A stretch of DNA of 64,000 nucleotides from contig JARFYF010000029.1 in assembly GCA_030265395.1 (NCBI GenBank), positions 30,207,414 through 30,271,413 of the forward strand, in the 5' to 3' direction. A model generated the notes under the pieces. The model was given only the letters and a program-made list of their open reading frames with translations, ran no database searches and was not told the origin of the DNA. The translations under genes were made by a program, and so were the position numbers. Shown here piece by piece: positions 52,201 to 64,000 of this stretch. The stretch is from Rhina ancylostomus (lineage: Eukaryota). The first letter of the stretch is position 1, and each line of letters begins with the position of its first letter.

Positions 52201-52729
52201 CCTCTGCAGGCAAAGCAGATTAGGCATACATGTATGGTTGTGAGATCACATATCTCAGTAAAGACAAAGAAAGCAGTTTAAGTACTAGCCCTTTAAATAG
52301 CACTCTTTGAAGGAGAAAACAGGGATAGTAAAATTTTGTTGTTCAGTGAGTAAACAATAACTATCCTTTTCCAGTTGAGCTTGATTGCAAAACCTCACTG
52401 CAGACAATGTTTTGTGTTGCAGTACTATTGGCCTCCTATGGAGGTGGTTTAACACTGGGGGGGTTTGGTGGGATTGCAGGGGTGAAATTTCCCCAGTGGA
52501 CACCAGGACACCCAGAAAGATGTGCAAAACTACTCAATTCTGGGCTAAGACAATTTTCATCTGGAGATGTGCAAATACATTTCTAGGATAATCTGTGTGG
52601 TGATTTTGATTAAAGAATAAATATCAGACACAAGACTGAGGTATCACCACTGTACATGAACACAAGTCCTTTCATTGTACTTTTCACAAACTGTTACAGT
52701 TCCCTAGCAGCAACTGCCAAACTGCTTAC

Positions 52730-53460
52730 TAACGTCCACCATGCATTCTCCTATATTTTTCCACCCAGTCTATGCTCTTATTAGCATAAGCATTCTTGAC
52801 TACCTGTTATAGATAGATATAAATTCTCTAAATTAAGAGCAAAGAAAGACTCCAACATAGATCCCTGGGCACACTGCTACAAGCAACCCACCAGCCTGTC
52901 TGGGTTGTTGGTTTTACTTTGCTCTTGGCAACCTTCAAAACATGCATCTACATTCCCTTTGATATCATGTTCCTCAGTGTTTTTAAGACATTTTATTTGG
53001 CACTTCTGAAGTTCTCTGTTGATATTTCTTCTTTATATCAAAAAAGTAAATTCATTTTTTCCAAATCTAAGGCACCAATTCCTGATTAGCCCCAAGTCAG
53101 CATTAATTAGAAGTTAAAGAATTAAGAACAACCATCTTAAGTTATAGCAATTTTTTTTTGGTGATCTTCTCCCATTCTTTTGCATTTTGGGATTTATTCC
53201 AACTCAACTTGATGACTAATTTTACTTTTATCTGCATTTAAATACAGTTTTCTTTTGAACATGCATTCTGATAATGACTCCACCACAAGTACTCTTGGTA
53301 TCTCTTTCATCTTTCTTTGCAAATTGAACTGAGGTTAAATCCTCATTAAGTATTTCTGTAATTTTCCAGTTCTCGGTTCTTAATGGGCTCCTCAACATTC
53401 TTTGACAACTATTTCTACTGAGACAGATTTGCAATTATTGTGTAACAAATCTTAATCAAT
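52730..53460 (-). mobile_element. Highly degenerate CR1 ORF2 fragment
   Basis: atccctgggcacactgctacaag (reverse of V.S.VPRD, PQG-like motif); atttgcaaa/ctgagg..tcattaagtatttctg (reverse TEILNE...S.F). Confidence 0.45.
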
Positions 53461-54029
53461 AATGGCAAAAGTGTTTTTTGTCTGTGTGCAGGCTTTTCTA
53501 TCTCATTTCCTCCCCATTTACTACATTTAGAAGCTTGTCTTATCCCAAGTGACAAGACTTAAGATAAAGTGATTGGAGTTTGTTTTGACTTGCTCTTAGA
53601 TAGTTATAAGTGGGTAAATAGGTTTGTAATGGAAAGAATAACAGAGAGCTGGCTAATGAGTTTGAAACATACTGAAAACACAGGCATGACACATGTGCTC
53701 TCCAACTGAAATTTGTATGGTTCCCAACCATATAGATTTAGCAATACATACCTAATATATTCTAAAAATGAAAATGATATTATGTTGGGATTAGTCATCC
53801 TAAAATCATGATGCAAGATGCTCAGAAAGCACAATATATCATTCTAAAAACCAACAGAATCCTACATTTATTAACCATCACTTGGAATCTCAGAAAATGG
53901 TCACCATGGTTGATGATAGTTGAGAGAATATCTTTGGAAACATGTGGTGTCTAAATTCAAGTGTGCTACATTCCTTTCCTCTTTTGAATATTAATAGATG
54001 ATAACATTTTCTCAGGGTGAGTCTCTGAC

Positions 54030-54346
54030 TAAGTTGGCACTTATTGCCCATCCACAATTACCCCTGAATGGAGGCAGATAAGGCTTGACCACACTGGGGG
54101 TAGAATGCAGGAAACATACAGACCAGACCAGAAAAACATCACAGGTTGCTTTCCCTGAACGCCAGAATTGAACAAGACAGGTTTTTACAACAATCCAGTA
54201 GTTTTATGTGCTCACCGTTAGTAAGACTAATTTTTTTAAAAATTGCATATATATTTAACGAGCTGCCATTGGGAGATTCAACCTTGCCTCTCTGGATCAA
54301 TGGTCCAGACCTTTGGGTGCTAGTCGAGTAACTTAACCACTGTATC
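54030..54346 (-). mobile_element. Elasmobranch tRNA-derived SINE, near full length
   Basis: Minus head CAGTGGTTAAGTTACT.GACTAG..CC..AGG...GGTTGAATCTCCCAATGGCAGCT; body ggattgttgtaaaaacc; tail gggtaattgtggatgggcaataagtgc, shared with the LINE tail at ~22290. Confidence 0.7.
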
Positions 54347-54814
54347 TCACATATTGAATACATTTAAAATTTACATAACACAAGCCCTCAACAGGAGTTT
54401 GGTTCTGGAGTTTCTAACCACACTCATGGCCCTGAAGGAATAAGGACGGTGTGCAAAATAAATACTTGTCAATCTAGAAATCTGATTGAAAAATCACATG
54501 AGGCATCACAAAATGAAGTGTAGGTATTTGGGCAGTTTATCATCAAAATTTCAAATAATAATATATGCCTTCATATCACCAATAATGTATTAAATTTTTT
54601 TAGAAAATTATGGTTGGCAATGGCAATTTAGAATGACACTTGCTGCATTATTAATTTTCATACTGAATAAATGCAAAGCCATCACATTGACTCTGAAATT
54701 TTGGTCAATTGTCAATTACTGGAAAATAAAAAAGTTAGCAAGCCTAATTATAACATACTAAGGTGCTCCAGTTTAATCAGCTATATGCTTTGGCAAATTA
54801 CAAAATTTACATCA

Positions 54815-54910
54815 TTAAACTTGAGCTCACGCAAAACTCAACTGATCATTGGCTAACTTGCACCTGTTTGTCCACTGCCCCGCTTTTGCTCATCTACATT
54901 GCTTCCATTT
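54815..54910 (+). mobile_element. L2 LINE ORF2 fragment
   Basis: KLELTQNSTDHWLTCT....P.FAHLHCF, resembling L2 KLQ..QNSAAR.LT......ITP.L..LHWLP. Confidence 0.5.
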
Positions 54911-56089
54911 TGAGACCCTCTCTGCCAAGCAATGCAGGACTGCTCCAGAGCAGCAGTACCATTGTGTCAGCATATCAGTGGATTCCTCTTGGATGTTGCA
55001 GGCAGTACAGATTTATTGCACGCATGATACCCAAGTCTGTTTTGAGAGTTTTGCATCCGATTCAGAGGAAAACCTTTGTTGTCCAGCAGCCATCTTTTGG
55101 TTTGTTGTGGTAGCTCAGACCCAGCTGGTACAGTGATTTACTGCATAAATAAAGGCATCAAGACTGTTGCCTGGGTACCATGCATTGATCTATACAATCC
55201 AATATCAATGGATATACACCAGCTGGAAACATAAGAGAATGGCATCTCTTTTGATTCTGATAGCACTGTAGGCAATGCACACCCACAATATAATGTCTGA
55301 AGTCAGTAGCACCCTATACCATAGGGAAGCATGCAATCAGTGTGCTCTCTCTACTCGATGGTCTTTTGAAAGAGAAAGAAATGCAATTACCTTCCTACAA
55401 ATAGAAAGTTATAGTGAACNNNNNNNNNNNNNNNNNNNNNNNNNNNNNNNNNNNNNNNNNNNNNNNNNNNNNNNNNNNNNNNNNNNNNNNNNNNNNNNNN
55501 NNNNNNNNNNNNNNNNNNNTCAAATTGTAAAAGGATATAAATTGCTGCAGGTTCAGTATGGAAGGAGCCAAATACACAGCTCACTGATGCCATGATCTGC
55601 CTACTCAGCACATGGGGCACTGCATGCACACTAAATTACTGACCAACATGGCATCCAGTATTATTCATCCTATGCACATGCATGGACATGATCGTAAAGC
55701 TCCAGGAATACTTGACTCACTCCCCCCAAAAAAACAGGCATTCATGATCCCAGTTATGACTTTCAAATGGATGCAATCATGATGACAGTAAAGGAGAACT
55801 GGCTGATTCATTACAAGTAGTATACAAACATAAAGAAAAGTCATGTACCAATAGTGATGCATCATATTCAAAGCAGAAATATTCTATTCTTAAACAAGCA
55901 CATTAATGGATTTTGTCAGCGAAGTTGGAGAATACTCAGTGCACCTAAAATCTAAAAGCCAATAGCAGTTGGTTCATAAATGAAAAACTTAATATATTAT
56001 TAAATCAAAATGACTTCCAATAGCAATTGAACCCCTGTTGCTGAACCCTTGGTATATAAAGGGGTAACAGTGGTAATCTGGACAGATTA

Positions 56090-56150
56090 CCCTCTCACCT
56101 TAAACCTATGCCCTCTAGTTCTTGATTTCCCCATCCCTGGGTAAAATACT
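56090..56150 (-). mobile_element. Short HER1-like CR1 fragment, inverted relative to 56664-56724
   Basis: 56090-56130 is the exact reverse complement of 56684-56724. Confidence 0.9.
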
Positions 56151-56459
56151 ATATCATTCCTTTCAACTGCTCCATGCATATGAGAAGTGGAAGGAGGTTC
56201 ACTCGGCTAAACACTGCATCCTGCCATCTGTTTTAGTTTAGCTTTTAGTATTTTTTTTAAACAATTTTGCTATCTCATAGGATCCTTTTTGTATGCCTGT
56301 CTCCTAAGTTTCTTTCAGGCACTTCAGCTGGATACAAAATGCAGTCATCAACCTGAATGTGGGGTCAGAGTGACGTTACATCACAATGGCTGCACACCTT
56401 TTTAATGTAATTGTTGGTTTCATCATATGGTGCAAACATCACACAAGATTTTAATGACT

Positions 56460-56985
56460 AGGTCACCCTGCTATAGGAAAGCTGCCATTAAGTTGGAAAG
56501 AGTGCAGAAAAGATTGATGAGGATGTTGCTAGGACTCAAGGGACTGGGCGAAAGGGAGAGGTTGTGCAGGCTAGGACTTTATTCCTTGGATTGTATGAGA
56601 CTGAGGGGTGATTTTATAGAGGTATATAAAATCATGAGGGGCATAGATAGGGCGAATGCACACAGTATTTCACCCAAGGTTGAGGAAATCAAGAACTAGA
56701 GGGCATAGGTTTAAGGTGAGAGGGGAAAGATTTAATAGGAACCTGAGGGGCAATTTTTTTTTAAACATTGGGTGGTAAATTCATGGAACAAGCTGCCAGA
56801 GGAAGTGATTGAGGCAGCTACAATAACAACATTTGAAGACATTTGGACAAGTACATGGATAGGAAAGGTTTAGAGGGATATGGGTCAAATGCGGGCACAT
56901 GCGATGAGCTTAGATGGGCATCTCGGTGGTGTGAATGAGCCTATTTGAAGGGCTGAAGGGCCTGTTTTCATGCTGTGTGATGACG
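56460..56985 (+). mobile_element. HER1-like CR1 LINE 3' end
   Basis: SPCYRKAAIKLERVQKRLMRML.GL.GL...ERL.RLGLYSL...RLRGDFIEVYKIMRGIDR; tail gggctgaagggcctgttttcatgctgtgtga. Confidence 0.93.
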
Positions 56986-57017
56986 ACTAATTTGGTTACA
57001 AACATTTATGTACTTAC

Positions 57018-57095
57018 GTAAAAAGGGGAGTCCCACAGACAACACAATTATAGGTCCCTTTGTCTTTGTATAATGTGTACTCTCCTGTAAAAGGA
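57018..57095 (-). CDS. MSRB3: MSRB3 coding exon (78 nt): (S)PFTGEYTLYKDKGTYNCVVCGTPLF(T), first Zn-binding CxxC
   Basis: Acceptor TAG (plus cta 57096-57098) and donor GTAAGT (plus acttac 57012-57017). Typical MsrB G.Y.CxxC..PLF motif. Confidence 0.96.
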
Positions 57096-58834
57096 CTAAA
57101 GGGAAAAAATAGTGAATAAAGTGAATTTAAAAAGAATGTTATTTTATTGCAATTAAGTGTACATATTTGAAAGAAAATGCTGCATANNNNNNNNNNNNNN
57201 NNNNNNNNNNNNNNNNNNNNNNNNNNNNNNNNNNNNNNNNNNNNNNNNNNNNNNNNNNNNNNNNNNNNNNNNNNNNNNNNNNNNNNAAGTGTACATATTT
57301 GAAAGAAAATGCTGCATATTATTCATTCACCCTTGATCCTTTCTCCACCCCTCTCCCTCCCCTGCTAGTTTCTATTTTACAAATAGATTTTAAAAAATGT
57401 CTTTGCACTTGTATACCAAATCATTCTGCCAGTTCGGTGTACAGCAAAAACTCATTTGGCTGAGAATTCAAGAATAAAGGTTAAGGTCCAGTGCCAATGC
57501 ACTTCTGGAGTTTCTATGTCGTTGACTCACTTTCAGTAAATTCAAATAGTATATTGTGACAGGAAGAAAGTGAAGCCTATTAACTGGGACCCCATGTGTT
57601 GTAAAGAGTTTTTTGTAGACCATGAATGGGAACAAGCAGTTACATCACTAATAAATTTGGATTTGATGTACCTGAAAGCATGAGCCAGAGTCTATTGTAT
57701 AAACTTGACAAAATGGTTATCCTTGGCATGTCAGTTCTGCACTAAAAATCAGCTGAGAGATTCAATTTATTCACTAAATACTGCCTTGGAAGAGGGAAAG
57801 GTTTTTTTTAAAGCACAGAGGGCTAGGTTCCAAGGACTAAAGACATGTGAGGGCAGTTATTGAACATTTTTGACATTCCAACCGCAAATGAGCCAATAAA
57901 TACTTTCTCCACATGTGCTTCAAAAAAAAGGTCTTAATTACACTACCTTCTTTTGGCAGCCAAACTTCTGAACACACAATGACCACCTTCAAACTGCTCA
58001 TTGGCAGTGGTCCATTTCCCTCTGTTTAGCTTATTCTAGTATCTAGAGAGAGACTTCCAAAGAAGTAGTCAAACTACTACTTTGTTGCTTCATGTACAAG
58101 AGGTTTAAAAACAATGTGGAGGACGTCTCAAAATAGAAAAGACTTGGAAACAGGATTCTATAAATTGATTCACACCCCACTTGTGCTTGAACCACAAGGT
58201 TAAAAGCAAAAGGGACAAAGAATCATGTTATATGCATCATCTGGGTGCAAATATTCAGTTGCCCTCCAAGTCACCCAGATGAATCACTAGTTGTAGATCT
58301 ATGACATGGACTGCTGGGGGGGGGGGGGGGTTGGTCGATAATGAGGGAGGATCTCAAGATATATAAGTGTTGGTTTTAACGTGAAGTCAGAAGCAGCACA
58401 TTTTGATGACTGCACGTTCGAAAATTACAGAAGTTTGCCTGCTGTTCACTTCAGTAAACTGACTGCAGCACACACACGGCACGTGCTGCAAACAAACACC
58501 GGAAAGGAGTCGATCGCGCTGGCCAGTATTTGCCAAACAGCAGCATCTTTAGAAAAAGTGTGAAGTGGTCTAAAAAAGTTGCATTCTTTCTCATTAAGTG
58601 TACTTTGTTTAANNNNNNNNNNNNNNNNNNNNNNNNNNNNNNNNNNNNNNNNNNNNNNNNNNNNNNNNNNNNNNNNNNNNNNNNNNNNNNNNNNNNNNNN
58701 NNNNNNNNNNNNTCAAGCTACTGTGGAACAGGAGTGTTCAAACCATGTTGGTCCCTTCAGGTCCCATTAATCATCCTAAATACAGTCACTGAATGAATCA
58801 GGTTTTACACCTTTCTCACTCCATTAAGTCATAC

Positions 58835-58943
58835 CTCTCTGTCCCCTTTTCCTGAGTCACATGGTACTGCTGGGCTGTCAAACGCTTCCTCAACTCCTGC
58901 TGGGGGAAGGCCACCTTGCAGCTCTTTTTATCCCTACATGAAC
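58835..58943 (-). CDS. MSRB3: MSRB3 internal coding exon (109 nt): (G)SCRDKKSCKVAFPQQELRKRLTAQQYHVTQEKGTE(S)
   Basis: Acceptor CAG (plus ctg 58944-58946) and donor GTATGA (plus tcatac 58829-58834). Translation matches the MsrB3 N-terminal GSCRDKKxC...LRKRLT..QYHVTQEKGTE motif; phase joins the next exon. Confidence 0.96.
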
Positions 58944-61259
58944 CTGGAAAGGGAGGATGTGGGAGAAGAAGCGCTCTAGGTTAAAAGCTGAATGATTACT
59001 TTGGCTAATGGCCACAGCACAGCTTCTGCACTCATTTTTCAATTGCCAAACTAGTCCCCAATGCAATGCTGAGTTGAGTAGAATACTGTTGGTTATTCTT
59101 TAATTACAAGTTAAGAATGCTGCAAAAGAGCCAGGTGATTCCAGTGGAGATGTGACAATGTGTGGCAGCCAAAGCTTTTGCTGTGCGTATACGATCCTGC
59201 TTGAGAATATACCGACAGTGAAAAACTATGAACTTTACACTAAAATTAATGAGTGGAACTCACTTATGTCAGAAGCAGGCTATTGTAACCTCCCTGTTAC
59301 AAAACCACCGAATGCAAGCGCATTTTGGTCCCTTAAGAGACTGGTACAAAATAATGAGTTCAAAGTGTAATGGCAAGGTGGGACAAAATGGATTAACGGT
59401 AATATTTCACATTTCTCAATCCCTGTGGAAATTAAGGCACAAGTGGGATAATGGTGTCATGTGACATCATCTGTCAGCATCTTGCCAGATCTCACTGAGT
59501 GAGTTTGAACAAAACATCACAAAGCTGGACTTCCCTGGTCAAGCAGGCACAAGAGAGCTTCCTGCTGGATTGAAATGTACATGGATAAATGTATATTATC
59601 CAGCTTGGATTACAAGACAGCTGTGCCTTGATTTAGGAAAGCAACCAGCCAACCCGGGAGCAGTGCAGAGATGTTTTTGGTTTATACTCACAACCATAGT
59701 TAAAAACGTTCCACAAATTCAATAACTCAGGCAAATTACAAGTCAATGAGCAAATGATACACCACACAGACTAATTCCATGGTGGAATGACTTAAAGCAC
59801 TTCTAAAAAAGAACAGGTACATCATAATGCAAAAATGTACAAAATATAAAAACTGGGGAATATTTTGTTTGGAATTTTATGATTAGCTTGTAATTAGAAC
59901 AGAAAGAGTTCATCCTATGAACTATTTGAATAAGCCTTTGTACTTAACACCAAAGTCAAAGCTACTTGAACTGCCTTTGTACATCATAACCCAGTATAAA
60001 ACAAACTAAAAAAACCTGAGATAGTGAGCTTTATTTTTAGTCAATTTCTGTCAGGTACATACATGGAAATTAATTCTCTTCAGATTGCACCAAAATTGAG
60101 CAGTAGAGCACAAAACAAAGCTTTAAAGTAATGTTAGCCAATCTAACTTTGATAGTTCTCCATAGGTTTGTTTTTTTTTTGTTTGTTACAATGAATTTTA
60201 CTCAATATTTTTATCTGGCAGATATTTCAATTATAACTTGCTTTTTCCTAACCATCAAAATTTTTCTAGTACATCTTAATCCATTATGGATTCTCCCTGG
60301 ATGCTATCTGCTCACCTACCTTACACAGCCACTTTAACCAGTGAGGAAATTTTGTTATGTTGCCTGTGAAGCAAATCACATTCAAGCAAAAGTAATAATG
60401 TAATCCTCTCCCAGTTTGTTTGAGCATATAAAACACAAGTCCTTGAAAAATCTAATGCCATACAATTAAATCCATTCAGTTAGCAACAAAGTAGGGACAT
60501 TATCCGACTAGTATTTTCATTTACATAGTGCCTTTAATATGAGAAAATGCTGCAAGGGATTCCAGAAATCGATGAGAACATGGCTGAAATGGTTATTTTA
60601 TTATAAGGGCCCACCTCCCCCACCCATCTTTTACATACATATAGCCTCAAAACCTGCAGCTCCATTTATTCTGAAAATATCTCCAACCTCATCTAATGGT
60701 ACTTTTGAACTGGCCTCTAAAGAGCAATATACAAAAAAAAAGTGGCATGTATTTGAGTCAACAATTTATGCAATGTCCAATGTTTTGTTGCTACCTGAAC
60801 TTACAACCATCTGAAGCTCATCCTGTGGGAAACTGTATGTGTAGCCCCTTGTCCAATCACTCAGCGATAACAATATGTTGAAACACAAACGTGCTGTGTT
60901 ACTAGGCCACCCTTGCAGACAGAATGATATATAGACAGATTGAAAAGAGCAATTTAGTCATGACTGTTCTGGTTTTGAAGAAACTAAAAGCTACACAAGT
61001 CAGGTTTTTCCTTCAGATATCTTATCCCGTTTTTTTCTTATCCTGAAGGTGATTACTCTGACTGTTGCTTGTGTGCTTCTAGCCTTTCAAAGTCAAATGG
61101 TCATTTTTTGTGGGAAAAAAAGTGTTCTCAGCCTATTCATCTATGAGTGCATCACAGCTGTGTCCAATTTTCTTCCCATCCAAACCATGTATGCTTTCCA
61201 ATCTGGGCACTAACTAAAAGGAGGTACAAGAAATCCTGGTTGAATTTTGGCCTGCATTG

Positions 61260-61478
61260 TCATAGATATGCAGTGTGGAAACACGCCCTTTGGCTCAACT
61301 TGTTCATGCTGACCAAGGTACCTTCCTGAGGTAGTCCTGTTTGACTGCTATCCCTCTAAACCTTTCCTATCCACAAACCTGTCCAAATGTCATTTAAACA
61401 TTGTAATTGTACCTGCCTCTACCATTTCCTCTGACAGCTTGTTCCATTTACCACTAACCTGTGTGAAAAACTTGCCTC
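61260..61478 (-). mobile_element. HER1-like CR1 (or HE1-type) 3' tail
   Basis: Reverse complement of 56749-56980: tatccctctaaacctttcctatcca...gtccaaatgtc...cagcttgttccat. Confidence 0.88.
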
Positions 61479-62859
61479 CAATCCAAATAGCTTACACTGC
61501 ACTAAGCAAGTTTAATGGCAAACAGAAAGAGTTAGCGAATACTACTGCTCTGATCAGTACAAACACTCATATACAGAGATGGAAAACTTTGAACTACTGT
61601 AAAGGAAACTTAAATTTAGAAAACCATATCCCAACCCAAGCTACTCTGGAAAATACAAACCCACCATTATTGAGTTCTAACTGAAACAGTTGGTTCCCAA
61701 TCTTGCAATTTAAATGCAATTAAATGGCATGATTTCTATAATTTATTGAAATAATTTCAATTACTTTATTATACAAAGCATCATGTTGCTGAAATAGATA
61801 ACACAGGGAAAAAAGGAATACAGAAATGACTATTCATTTAAGCTGCCTTTCAAAGCTCACATTGCTTAAAACTAGTAAGATCTTCTTCATCAGCAAAATA
61901 AACACTGCACTTAGTTATCCTCAAAATGAATGTAAATCATCAGATACATATATTCAATACATTTATTCATCAGATACATAAAATGTATTTTAGAATTTCA
62001 CTTGTTTCAATGCTAAGTAGAGAAAGCAAAAATGCTTATCTATCCCTTATATATAAGAGAGGATGATAAACCAAATTTAAAACCATTTGTTTTTCTTAAA
62101 TGAGTCACTACTTGGTTTTTGCCTTCCCAGCTTTTCTCTTGATGTTTACCGCAGCATCAGCTAATGGGAGGAATGGGAGATGCCCTCAAGTTTTTGGCCC
62201 AATGTGTCTCTTTCCCCCAGATTTCTACAATCCACTGCAAATACATGGCTTAAAAAAAATCATTGAGCACCATAGGAATAAGGGCCTGTAATTGTGCTGT
62301 ATTGTTCTATGGTTCTATAATTGATCCTATTCAAATTCACAGCAATACATACTGATGCTCAAAAGACCTCATCTCCAAAATGAAACTCCCCTTTAAAGTT
62401 AGGGCTCTATGATGCAAAGCAAGTGAGATAGTTGGTAATGTTAGTGGCATTCTTAAAAGTACATTTTAAATTCTCCATAGTATTTAAAATTGTGGGAAAG
62501 CATTGAAAATATTCATATTGATCCATGGCCTGGAGTCAAACCCAACATTCATTTTCCATGATCATGGAGCAGAGTTTTCCCTAAAAGCAGCGTTCATTGA
62601 TCTGATCTTAAGGATCAAGTACTTTGCTTCTTAGGGAAGGAACTACAATTTTCCTGCAATTATTTGTCCCTGTGAAGAATGATGTCATTCTTATCAGATC
62701 AGTCTGACTTCTCACTCCTGTACCATTACCTCTTACATCCCAAAAGATTCTATCCCTGCCCCCTCTTATTTTTCATCTTTACGCTGCCCCTTGGACACAT
62801 TATGGAAGAATACAGCATCATTTTCCAGCCACCGAGATTTTAATGGGCTAAATCATCAC

Positions 62860-63620
62860 AGTGGCATTACCAAAGTTTGACACCCATGTAAGAGCATTAG
62901 CAGGAAAGGATAAATAAAGTTCTCTGGAGGAACCTCATGAAAGAACAAGAGGGAGCAGACATGAATAAGGGAAGAAATGCCTGAAGGGCCTTGACAGCCA
63001 AAGGCAAAGCTACCTAGTGTTGGAACAATCAAGCAACTGGAAATGAAGGAACACAGGCACCTCACATGAGTAAAGGACCGGAAGGGATCATAGAAATAGG
63101 GAGGGGCAAGACCATGGAAGATCTGAGAACTAGCATGAGAGATGGTTCTTAATTGATATCAACACAGGTCACCAATCACAAGTGATGGGTGAATGGGATA
63201 TGGAGTAGAGGATAAGGTCAACAGAGTTTTAGATGATCTAAAATTTATGGAGTATAGAACAAGGCCAGTGAGGAATACAGTCGTTTAAAGTAACAAGGTC
63301 ATAAGTAAGGGCAAGAGCAGGAGCTCAGATGAGCTGGGAAATGGAAACAGGCAATGTTGTGGAGCTGGTAATGGGCAACTTTAGTGATGGCACAGATATG
63401 ACATCAACTTCTGGTTAAATTTCAGACAGTAACAAGGGGCAGATATGAAGTCACTCTTTAGGAAGCAGAGATTGCTACTGGGAACCAAAGACAATGGCTC
63501 CAGTCTTTGCAATATTTAGTTGGAAGAAACTTCTCATCCAGCACCAGATGCCAGCCTAAGAAGTTACAGAACACGAAAAAGGGAGATGGTGGCAAGATAG
63601 ACGGCATCACTTGCATATCT
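62860..63620 (-). mobile_element. L2-clade LINE 3' region, degenerate
   Basis: Collinear with 15500-16180 (ttgacagc..aaggc, ggcaaga.catgga..gat, gagtttt.gatga.ct.aa.tttat, atttagttggaagaaa). Minus ORF PTLGSFAFGCQGP resembles L2 .T.G.RAFS..GP.LWN. Confidence 0.7.
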
Positions 63621-64000
63621 CTTTTTTAAAAACATACTTAGTTTCTTTTTACTCCTCCTAGGCTTTTCTCCAGTTACCATGACCTTCCTCATTCCCACTT
63701 CCCATTTTGGGTACTCTGATCCCTCAAACTCCTACCAAATCCTGCAGCATTCCTCGGCTGAAACACAGATTCAAATGACCAGTACATGTCTGAGGGACGC
63801 ACGTACAAAAAAGAAAATGGGGAGAACAGAATGAGGAAAACAAAACAGGTTCTATAAGCAGATTTTGCATTTGTTTCAATTTAGTACTTACATGCTTTCT
63901 AAATGATACAATTATACCAGTAATAACTGACCTAACCCAAAAACTTTAAAAATCTGCCATATGAGACAGCCACAACATTTCCAGGAGTTGTCAAGATCCC

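Larger units (their letters stand above)
533..58712. other. Assembly gaps (N runs) at ~533-632, 8833-8932, 17650-17809, 19270-19279, 29043-29159, ~30508-30516, 49311-49320, ~51923-51932, 55420-55519, 57187-57286, 58613-58712
   Basis: Directly visible N runs; many are exactly 100 or 10 N, i.e. placeholder sizes, so intron lengths are approximate. Confidence 0.98.

Noticed and set aside
54930-55350. Possible RTE-type LINE fragment (also ~31930-32130)
   Set aside because: Only short, weak motif resemblance; family cannot be assigned.
57155-57318. ~32-bp direct repeat (aagtgtacatatttgaaagaaaatgctgcata) on both sides of a 100-N gap
   Set aside because: Most likely an unmerged contig overlap (assembly artefact).
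58947-64000. Search for MSRB3 signal-peptide or mitochondrial-targeting upstream exon (donor-like acttac at ~63886)
   Set aside because: No convincing peptide similarity or acceptor-donor pair; these exons probably lie beyond the window.

Overview
Vertebrate nuclear genomic DNA from a gapped draft assembly. The repeat landscape (HER1-like CR1, L2, Rex1/Babar, V-SINE-like, Penelope-like, PIF/Harbinger relics) points to a cartilaginous fish, probably a batoid; this taxonomic call is inference. The window holds the last five coding exons of MSRB3 (methionine-R-sulfoxide reductase B3) on the minus strand: 58835-58943, 57018-57095, 48489-48517, 8636-8733 and 7019-7174. All have GT-AG boundaries and consistent phases, and the protein ends in an ER-retention-type KTEL. 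The 5' targeting exon(s) were not found in the window. Introns carry a degenerate processed RPS24 pseudogene, many TE fragments, a 3-copy ~111-bp tandem repeat, and a family of Penelope-derived terminal repeats with minimal hammerhead-ribozyme cores. Several of those repeats are arranged as short fold-back palindromes, one with an apparent target-site duplication. Almost all ORFs in the supplied track are spurious or TE-derived. Repeat boundaries are approximate, and family assignments come from recalled consensus motifs, not database searches.
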